A stretch of 64,000 nucleotides of DNA from the human T2T-CHM13v2.0 reference genome, Homo sapiens. Below the pieces are notes generated by a model, which saw only the letters and a program-made list of their open reading frames with translations, did no database searches and was not told the origin of the DNA. Position 1 is the first letter of the stretch. Every line of letters starts with the position of its first letter. The translations under genes were made by a program, and so were the position numbers. Of this stretch, positions 52,464 to 64,000 are shown piece after piece. Where the stretch lies: assembly GCF_009914755.1 (NCBI RefSeq), contig NC_060929.1; one strand, 5' to 3'.

Positions 52464-54006
52464 GTACATTATACTTAAAACAGTATGTTCTGCTAATTTA
52501 ATTCATGGGTAACATTCAGAAGCTTTATGGATAACCCTCATCTTCTAGTTAATTTATGAAGTTTTAGCCCCCAGAAATTTGGCAGAATAATATCTTTTGA
52601 AATTCCTTTTCAATCCCCACTGCACTATCTAGATCGGACCACCCTTGCCTTATCGTTGTGGTCCTGATTGGATTCTCCACTGTCTCTTAAGAATTGCCAT
52701 TTATATCATTCCTCTGCTTGAGAAAAATGAAACAAATTTGTTTGCAATACATTCAGTAGAAGCACCTTGTCCCAGTGCAAAGTGCCCAATTCTGAACTTC
52801 CTTAACAAGCTGAATTCTAGCAAGAGGGTCAGATGTGGCCTGTGAACACACATCACACTCACCAGCCTGTCCCCCCATACTGAACATTCTACCTGAAGCA
52901 GCACCCTCTCCACCTCACCTCTACCTTGGGAATTCTTATTGTTTAAGACTTAACTCAAAGCCCATTGCCTACAAGAAGCCCTACTTGACTACTACAGTTG
53001 ATTCATCTCTCCCTGTTGTGAATTCTGAGAATGATGATTGTCTGCAGCCTGAGATGTACTCCTGATCTGTTTCTCCTGCCCTCTCATTATTGTCCATTAT
53101 GTCTGTGGGCTAGCAGATGGCTTCTGTAATGTGAAAAACACCTTGAGGACGGCGATTGTTGTGTGTTTTAAAATATCCCCTTCTCCACTGTACCGAGCTC
53201 AGTAAAGAACACAAAGCTTCCTAAATACTTCGGTTGTGTCCACCAATACAGCATTTCATTATTCTGATCTTTTAGGCTGCAGATGTCTCCCAGGTGTGGC
53301 TTCTGATCACCTTGTCATCTTTTGCTAGTTAAAACACATGTGATCTTTTCAACAGCAGCAGTAGCTTCATGTCAATGTATCTGCATATTTGGTGAGGAAG
53401 AAAACTGGCATAATGTTTCCCAGTAATTTCGGCCAAGAGAGCAGTTCTTTGATTACCTTGGTATTTATGGTGAAAATTGTGTTTAAAATTTGGCAAGGAT
53501 TTGTCTAATTTATTCATTTCACTTTGTATTTGCAGGTTGGTTGTGATTTATGAATACCATTCAAGAGGTCACTATCGATCTTCAAAATACATCAATTCTA
53601 AGTAGACAACCTTCCACCTTTGAAGAACAAAACTTTTACTGTTTCACAAACACATTAGACAAGAATGTGGTTCGATCAACAGGGCATAGGATTCATGAAA
53701 TCAACATTTATTCATATGGTATCACCTGGGGCAGCAGGAATGCTTCTGGTTCTGATTAAAACCACCGCAACAACTTGTGGATCTAAGGACTTTGTTCTTA
53801 AATTAATTTAAATATATCATGGAATTACAAAATGTATTGAACTTCCCTACACAAGGCTTCAATGGCATGGCATTCGAATAAGAAGATGAGTTGATCTTAA
53901 TAAAATGGATAATCCAAGGAGTGCCCAAACCCAGCCTTTTGGCATCTCAAATCGCAATTTTAACCCTGTAATTATAAGTGTACAATGAGATCTTAATGTT
54001 CCTTGA

Positions 54007-54343
<337 letters not shown>

Positions 54344-56174
54344 TAAGGTAGTTTTAAATAAAATTTTGTTAAGGCTCAAATCTCTTCATCACATGAAGTG
54401 CTACAGTAATTACTTGCCAGACACAATATTTTCTTGAATCATACACGTATTGGAAATATATGTATATGTACATTTCAAAAATAAAATTCATGTTGACTTA
54501 TCATTCTTAAAATAACTTTCTCTACACATATCCATTTATCTTTAGACAAAGTCATTGAAAATATGATTTGCCAAGATTTTGAATTTGTGTCTCTACAGGC
54601 TGCATACTCTTACAATAAAAAAGCAGGAAAACCTCCTTACATGCCTTCAGTTATCTTTGTTGAATTTGATTTTTTTAGATATAAATAACCAAACTCTCTC
54701 AATGCAAGCCTGACACTGATAATGAGTATGTTTCAGATGGCAACAGGAAAACATACTACTGCTGTAATTAAATGCAAATTTTTTTTAGTGCATGCAGTAT
54801 TAAAGTCGAGTTTAAGCCACTGAATGGGGGAAATCTAGAAGTTAAGTGGCTCAAAATGAATAATTTAAACCTGCTGAGTCAGGTTTTCCTAGTGAACAAG
54901 CTGCTACTTGGAGTAAATTTGGTGTGGTTGTAAGTGGCAGAAATTCAGGCTGTTGGATTTCATAATTTTAATATGAATAGAGACATTATTCCCAATACCT
55001 TAGCAATTTGTATGCAAAGTACGTAGAGCTTCATTGTGAGAGAAGCTCTGCTTCTGTTTATTTGGTCAGTCGGTCCATATTTCCGAGTGCCAACTGTGTG
55101 CAGAGTATAGCAGGCCAGGCTTTCGAAGAGATACTGGACTTTTATGCTCTTGAGGAGTTGAACAGACCCAGATGAAAATATTTCCAAATACTTGAGAATC
55201 CTGACTCTATTAACTTTGGGAAGACCTTCAACAAAGGAATGATTAATTGGGAAGGTGAGATTAATCAAAGAAGACTTCCTGGAGAAGGTGAGAACACAGG
55301 TTGCGGAAACACACAAATTATTGCATGAAGATGAGAAATCAAAGCACTGGATTAAAGCCAAGAATCCACAGCAAGGAGAATGAAGTTAGAGGAAGCTGGT
55401 GGGGAAGCTGTCAAGAGTCTTCATGACCAAGGGCACCTGCTCGGCCATCTTGGTAGCATCTCCTTCCTCCCTGGAGTGTGAAATGTTCACTATTCATCTG
55501 CAAACTGTGTGTAATGTGAGAGGACCTTTAGAAGTAAATTAGAGTCTTATTTATAACTCTGTTGTCAAAACTTATAATTTCACAGATATGTCATCGAAAA
55601 TATTTGGCTTCTGGAAACACTCTCACATAGTGACCCTTGTAAATTAAAATTTCAAGTTAAAAAAAGGAAATGATGATTGCTCACAATAAGAAGTATAAAA
55701 ATGGAACACTCGTTTATTCATTTCAAGCTGCACTTTCCTTCTTAGACTAAACAATGAGAGAAAACATGAAGAGACCCTCTGGTTTCTACCATTCAAACAT
55801 TTATATCTGCTTTTGGTAAATAAAATGACTTGACTTCTCTTTTTGTGCCAATTATTATGGTGTTGAATTCAAGATAGAGTCCAATACAAAATCAATCTTG
55901 GATGACAAAAGAGGAAACAGGCAAGCTCCAGGACTCAGACCTGGCAGCTACTTTGGGAGGCTCTGCTAATGCTGCTAAGAGCATGATTTTAAAATTAACT
56001 TGTGGTCAGCTTCCTCTCAGATGCTTTAGTAATAATTAAATAATAGCAGCCCATGCCACCAAGGTAAGAACCTCGTCTAGCAAAAGTCACTAGTACCTTT
56101 TGGATGAGGAATTTCTGCCAAACAGCCTATAAGAGCAGAATTCTGGGATAGCAGAGGGGCAAATGCTTGCATGC

Positions 56175-56385
56175 GTTGAATTAGAATTCTACTCTGTGAT
56201 TTACTGCTTGTGACTTTGCATGAATTCCTTAACCTCCCTAAACCTCAGTTTCCTCAGATGTGAGATTGGGGTTAACAGTGCTACCTATTTCTTAGGGTTG
56301 TTAGATGCCTCAAATGTAATGATCCAGTTAAAATGCTTAACCCAGTGCTTGGCTCATATCAGTGTTCCATAAATGTTAGTCCCTA
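56175..56385 (+). mobile_element. MIR
   Basis: tgtgactttg...ttccttaacctccctaaacctcagtttcctcagatgtgagattgggg...cccagtgcttggctcata. Confidence 0.78.
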
Positions 56386-56569
56386 CTTTATTTCTAGAGT
56401 GTTTGAACGACACTGTATAAGCCATGAAGTGTAAGGCAAAATCTTTAGTGTCATTAAGGTAATAACATATTAGGGTAAAATGGCTGGAAAGTGGAAGACT
56501 ATAGGAAGAAATGATGCTCGAACCCATCTACTATAGCCCAATAGCAGAAAGTGAAAAAGAATGTATGTT

Positions 56570-56725
56570 TTTAAATTTTTTTAAATTTTCTATTATTATT
56601 TTTCTTATAGAGATGCGGTTTTGCCATGTTGCCCAGGCTGGTCTCAAACTCTCGGGTATAAGTGATCCTCCTGCCTCAGCCTCCCAAAGTACTGGGATTA
56701 CAGGGGTGCACTGCCATGCCTGGCC
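56570..56725 (-). mobile_element. FLAM/Alu left monomer; TSD AAGAATGTAT
   Basis: tagagatgcggttttgccatgttgcccagg...ccatgcctggcc; aagaatgtat on both flanks. Confidence 0.85.
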
Positions 56726-57832
56726 AAGAATGTATATCTTTTTATCAGTTTTAAGTGTGTCCACTGATTTTTCCATCTTGGGCTTAGTGATACTAAGTAA
56801 ATGAAGTACCATAGCTATCATTGTTTTGGTTAACAAAGTCAGAGCTGAGGCAGGAACTGTGGCTGCCTAACAGCCTTAGGTCAAACCCACAAGTGCTCCC
56901 TGGGTCTTAGAGCTTGCCTTGGAAAGAGAATCATGAGCTAATGATCCCAATTACTGCCTGTTAAAACCAACACCAAAGAAGAATGCATAGAAACTTCTAA
57001 AGCCTTTTTCTTTTTTTTTTTAATTTGACAGAATATCTCTTTGCTGTTTAAGGATTAACATTACATTTTTAACTGAAAAGAAATACAAAGAAAAGTACTA
57101 TATTAAACTATCAAAACCACTGATTAACTTGAGGAAGTAAAGTCTATGTTCCTTCATGTCAGACTAAAGAAATTTCAATATATATCTTCTATCTATTGTG
57201 TACCTACTTCAGGCAATAATTCACTCATTGAAACTGTATTGAAAACCTATTATCTGCTAGGCTGGGGGAGATAACGAAAATGAATAATGCACAGTCCCTG
57301 CCTGTAAGGGAACAGGTTGGTAAACAAATCCTTAGGATACTATCTGATAAATTCTACAATAGAGGCATAAGAAAGGTGGGGAGATGACTAACCTAGAAGC
57401 ACGGAAGACTTCATAGGGAAAATAAAATGTGATTTCCTAATCTACCAAAACAGAGCAATCAAGTACGAACATCTAATAAGAATCTAATGAAAACACTGAT
57501 GTAACCCAATGTAAAAAAAAAAAAAAAAAATCTGGGGGATTATTCACTGGCTTCTCACTCCTATTTTTCTATAAATGGGACGAAGCAAGAATTGGCTATA
57601 CTAAAATTAACCTAAAAGCTGTATTTGGAGCAGTATTAAATGTTGAACTTATTAGCAAATCTGCAGGCTTATATTTCAATTCAATAAAAAAAAAAAAAGA
57701 GAGTCTATGATATGCCAAGCACTGACTCCATGCTAGAGAGAGGAAAAACACAGCAGAGAAGACAGAAATAAAAAAGGAAGCTTGCAGCCTCACGAAGGTG
57801 AGATAAGAGAGAAAGTGAAAAATGCTTTATGA

Positions 57833-58640
<808 letters not shown>

Positions 58641-58848
58641 TTCTCCTGATTTTTGAAGACTGTTTTAAAATCCTGTCCACAGCTGAATTCAGCCCCTTAG
58701 CTGCCAGTTAGCAGCCTCTGTACTTCTAAAATGCACAGGGAGCAAGGAGCAAGAAGCATGGATAACGGACTAATTAGATGGACAGGGGATTTAGCACTGG
58801 ATTCAAATCCTGCCCTGCTGGCGTTATGCAAACTTGGTCAAGTTCTGA

Positions 58849-59178
<330 letters not shown>

Positions 59179-60129
59179 ACCAATAGGTAGTTCTTGACTG
59201 GATTACATCCCGAGATTTGATACCAAGACTAAAACTGTGTTCAGCTCATTTCCCAAAATACAGTAAGGGGCTTTAACATTGGATTCAAATCCTGCCCTGC
59301 CTGTGCTGTGCAAACTTGGACAAGTCCAAGGGCACAGCCTTAACACAGCATTTCTTGTCAGATAACCATTGCTTTTAAGATGGTTGAAACAACAAGAGAA
59401 GGAAGACTCCAGAGTAGTCCTATGACATGCTCCCACCCACAGAGAGTAAGAATGTTTCCCAGCCACTTCTCATGACCATAGTTTTCTTACTGGATACGCC
59501 TGAGTGCAGCAAGGTCTAAGGGGAAGTTTAGGGCTTCAGGTTTGAGGACTTGCTTAATAATGCCTTTCTGTCTATAACCAGTATGCCCACAAGTGAACAA
59601 ACCTTTTCCCAAAATGGGTCAATTATAATGTTCTGGGTGGAGATTCCATAGCTGCTCCACAGCTCGGAGAGTGTGCTCTTTGGTGCAAGATGTGAGGAGG
59701 GATAAAGGAGCTGCACTGGCTTTCCTGTTCTCTTACAGAGTGTCCACTTGTTTCCATTTCTTCTGGGAGAATGGGGAGGAGGCATGTGTAATACATATAT
59801 TTGACTTCTTTTAGCCTCATTTTCACTTTGTCTCTTTTTGTCTCTTATTCCCATTTTGCAGATGAGCTGGTAGGGGTAGAGGGCAGTTAGGCGATATGAA
59901 AGAAAGGTGGAGAGGAAAGAGTCATTTTACTGTTCTCCATTTGAGTATCTTCAAAATCATCAGGTATTCTTGCAGAGAAAAATTAAGGGAGGCATCATTA
60001 TATTTATTTCTAGTGCCTAACACTGAGCCTGACACATAGGTGCTTAATAGAAACTTGAAGAAAAATGTGTTGAAGAAATAAGTACTCATTGAAGAAAAAC
60101 ATATTTACAGAAGAGAAGAAGCACAAAGT

Positions 60130-60615
60130 GCTCGGCTGCAAGCAACAGAATATTCTAGTAGTAGATTAGGTAGTAGAGTTAATTTTCCTCATGCAATAGG
60201 AAGTTCAGAAGTCAGGTTATTGATATTGTACCAGATGTTCAAAGTGATCATTTGGGCCCTAAGAACTTTCTGTCTTTCCATTTCTTCATCCTTATGTTTA
60301 TTGCCTCATGGTGTTAATATGGCTGCCCCAGCTGTAAGCATTGCATTCACATTCAAAGGTAGATGAGAGGGGGAAGGATGGAGTCAGCAATATCTGTCCT
60401 ATGTTATCAAGAAAGTAAAAAACTTTCCCAGAAACCCCCGGAACACATCCTTTTCCAGCTCTTTGGCCAGAACTATATTAAAGAGTCATTCATAGATACA
60501 ATGAAACCTTAGAAAACTGAGGATTTAGGCAGAATCTTTGTCATTATGTACAAAGTCCGTCTTCCATTAGCAAGGGAAAATGGGGAAATAAACACTGGGT
60601 AGACAATATCAGCCA
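60130..60615. mobile_element. Old MLT1-type LTR remnant
   Basis: ggctgcaagcaacagaa...cctcatggtgttaatatggctgccccagct...ctttcccagaaaccccc...ttggccagaact. Confidence 0.55.
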
Positions 60616-61784
60616 CACTTGACTGGAGCCCTTTCTGCCTCCTACTCCTTTCTGAATACTCAAATGACTCAAAGCCCTCTATTAATTCTTTTATGTCATT
60701 TATTTCCCCTCCCAGATTGAAGGCGTTACTCATGTTTGACTCATTTTCTCCTATCTTTTACACGGTAAACCCCTAATAAGTGCTAATATTATGAATGTTT
60801 TGAGATATATGTAAAATGATGCTCTTTAAGTAGTTACAGAAAGAATAAAAACCATGACTTCATTTGTATATTTGTGCATTAACTACTACTCCATTTTAAA
60901 TACAGTAGGTAAAGTAGGCTTAAGTGAAATTTTACAAAGGGGAATAAGAACAAATATAAACAACAAATATAAGACATTTTTATAATGTAATAGTGCAGAC
61001 AAAACTGAAATTCATCTCTTTAAAATGAACTTAATTTCCTGTTTCTTTGTCTTCTCATGCATTCCATATCATAAAGATAGGTAAATTATTCTAGAAATAC
61101 TAATATTTTTCAGGTTCAGAAAACTTCAGTGGATCTCAATGCACATAAGAAACTGTCTACATTCCTTGCTCCAGTGCTCAAAACTCCACAACCTGGTCCC
61201 AACCAACCATTCTTACCCTGTCACTCACAACTCTTGCGTCAGTATATTTTGCTGTGGCTAAATTCTTCTACAAACTGCCCTCTCAAGGCCTCTTGGGAAT
61301 TCCACTTCCCCTTGACCTTGAATACCTTTAAGTTCCTCTTTTGGCTTGTTTGAATCTGACTTAGCCTTCAAAGTCTAGCTCAAGTATCAGGTTGATAATT
61401 AGATAATGTAGGTTTCCAGCTTTTTTTTTAGGCTGGAGATACAGTTTGCCTTTATCCATATCTTCTGCCTGTACTGGATTTTGTTATTTCAGTTGTCCAG
61501 GAGTTCTGTGTGTGAACTGCCATCTTTTCTGTTCCATGTAATATCGTAGCATAGCACGACAGCAGCAAGTATTTTTTCTGTAATGGAAAACTGATTGCTA
61601 CAATTCTGACAATGGTCATGCTCACCATTTTAACAGTTATATAATTATATGTTACCTATCATTTCCTATGTAGAAACTGTATTAAGAACCATCATTTAAT
61701 CCTCATAATCTTATGAGGCAAGTATTATTTTTGTTCCCATTTTGCAGATGAGGAGACAGAGGAGCTATCTCTTGGATAGCTTCC

Positions 61785-62003
61785 AATTCAGAAGTAATTT
61801 TTTTTTCTGTAAAGGGCTAAATAGTAAATATTTTAGGTGTTCCAGGCCACATAATCTGTGTTGCCGCTATTCACCCCTTCATTGAAAGCATGAAAGCAGC
61901 TGTAGATAGTAAGAAAACAAATGGGTGTAGTTGTATGCCAATAAAACTTTATTTACAGTTGGCTGAATTTGGCCTGTGGACTGTAGTTTACTGACTTCTG
62001 TTC
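61785..62003. mobile_element. MER58A-like hAT transposon inserted in a MIR (MIR parts ~61660-61765 and ~62035-62110)
   Basis: ttttctgtaaagggctaaatagtaaatattttagg...ccaataaaactttatttaca...ggcctgtggactgtagttt. Confidence 0.8.
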
Positions 62004-62119
62004 TAGCCCAAATAATCCTTTTCATATATAAAGCTAAGAGAGGTAAAGTCCAGATTGCAACAGAGGCGGATCTAGAATCGAGGTCTTCTGATTGGTGGGT
62101 TAGTGGTCTTTAACTATTA

Positions 62120-62488
<369 letters not shown>

Positions 62489-63741
62489 CTATTGACAAAT
62501 TATACTGTTTGACCCAGATGATTAGGTTTCTGTAATTTGATGTGGGTTTTATTCCATCTTCTGTGTCTTCCAAAGGTATGTGGACTTTTAAACTCAGTTT
62601 CTTCATCTTTTATAGGAAAGCATTTTCCAGACTAGATAAACACATGCCAGTTGCATGTACAGTTAGGACTCAGAGCTTGCTAAAGAGCACAGGGTGACGA
62701 CTGTGGAACTACTGAAACATTGTCGAGACAGCAGTCCGTTAAGGCTTCTCAGAGTAGTTCTGAGTACATGGCTCCCTGCCAACTTTCTAACCTGGCCCCC
62801 TAGTTTACCAGGAAACATTTTGACATGGTTAAATAGGTACATACATCCTTTGTGGCTACAGGACAAAACCCATGATTGCCTGATCTCTTTAGTCCCATGC
62901 TCTGAAAAATTTAGATTCAAATCTTTGACTGGAAATAAAATTTCTGTGGGGCAAGTTTTTATTCTCTGATCTTTGTTCTTTCTATTAATAGACTTGGAAT
63001 GTAATGGAAAATATAGTTAACATTGCCTTGCACATTTACTTTTTGAGCATAGTTATCAGCACTCTAAATTTCTCGATTGTCTCAGGACACTGATGATACT
63101 AATAGATTCCAAAAAGACTTTCTTGAGCCAGAAGCACTGTAGCACTACATTTCCAGCTCTCTGTTGAGTCTTCAAACTAAGTAGAAAAAGAGAAGCAAAT
63201 TGAACCTCATATATTTTACTATCCAAGAGGATATTACCTTGACTGGACACGGTGGACTGACTACACAGACTGGCCACCGTCTGCAATAGCGCTCAATGCA
63301 ATTAGAAGCCTGGGAGATGAGCTGACACTAGAAGGTCAAGAAATACAGTTTTGTTTTGTTTTTTGATGCTTCTGCTGTAATTGTGGCCCCAGAGCATTCT
63401 TGTCCTTGACTTATGTGATGATCTGAAGTTATGTTTTGATTCTGAGCATCTATGTCTTATTAGGTTATATGCATCATATTTAAATAACTAGACAAACCTT
63501 GAAAGTTCAGAATCCTCACCAGCCTGTAAAATTTTTGCTAGGCCAATCTATCATCAAGAAGACTACAGAAAAAAGTATTTCCTTTGCACAGACAGATGTA
63601 CCCTTTGCTGTGGATGACTCAGCAAAAAACACCTGCAATAGTGTCTTATTAGGTGGTATCCCCTGGCACTTAAGATATATGCAACCCTGTGCCCTGGAAC
63701 CTACTTTTGAAGAATGAAAGAAATATTTAAAACATCTTATC

Positions 63742-64000
<259 letters not shown>

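Noticed and set aside
54960-55361. 133-aa minus-strand ORF as a missing MCTP1 exon
   Set aside because: No resemblance to MCTP sequence and no convincing in-phase splice sites
55440-55455. YY1-like motif (cggccatcttg), also aagatggctgc near 29482
   Set aside because: Isolated short matches with no CpG island or promoter context

Overview
Human-type (primate) genomic DNA, AT-rich and rich in Alu/L1/L2/MIR repeats; not prokaryotic. It holds the convergent 3' ends of two genes known to be neighbours on human 5q15. On the + strand are the last six coding exons of SLF1/ANKRD32 (954-9696, ankyrin repeats, C-terminus ...MMCRSVMEFS*) and its 3' UTR. On the - strand are the last four coding exons of MCTP1 (29274 down to the stop at 21886) and a ~3.8 kb 3' UTR with several poly(A) signals. 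All ten exons join in frame at GT-AG sites. From ~29.3 kb to the end is one large MCTP1 intron filled with interspersed repeats. I found no new protein-coding system. The most notable unexplained structure is a perfect 50-bp inverted repeat (19129-19259) in the distal MCTP1 3' UTR, which can be reconstructed base by base as a 61-nt multi-step template-switch insertion. Other leads: a minisatellite-built 188-nt AG-free tract ahead of a frame-preserving 84-nt candidate cryptic SLF1 exon, a MaLR solo LTR with a 27-bp flanking duplication, several dispersed templated duplications, and a CTCF core plus upstream motif. Repeat subfamily calls are by eye and their boundaries are approximate.
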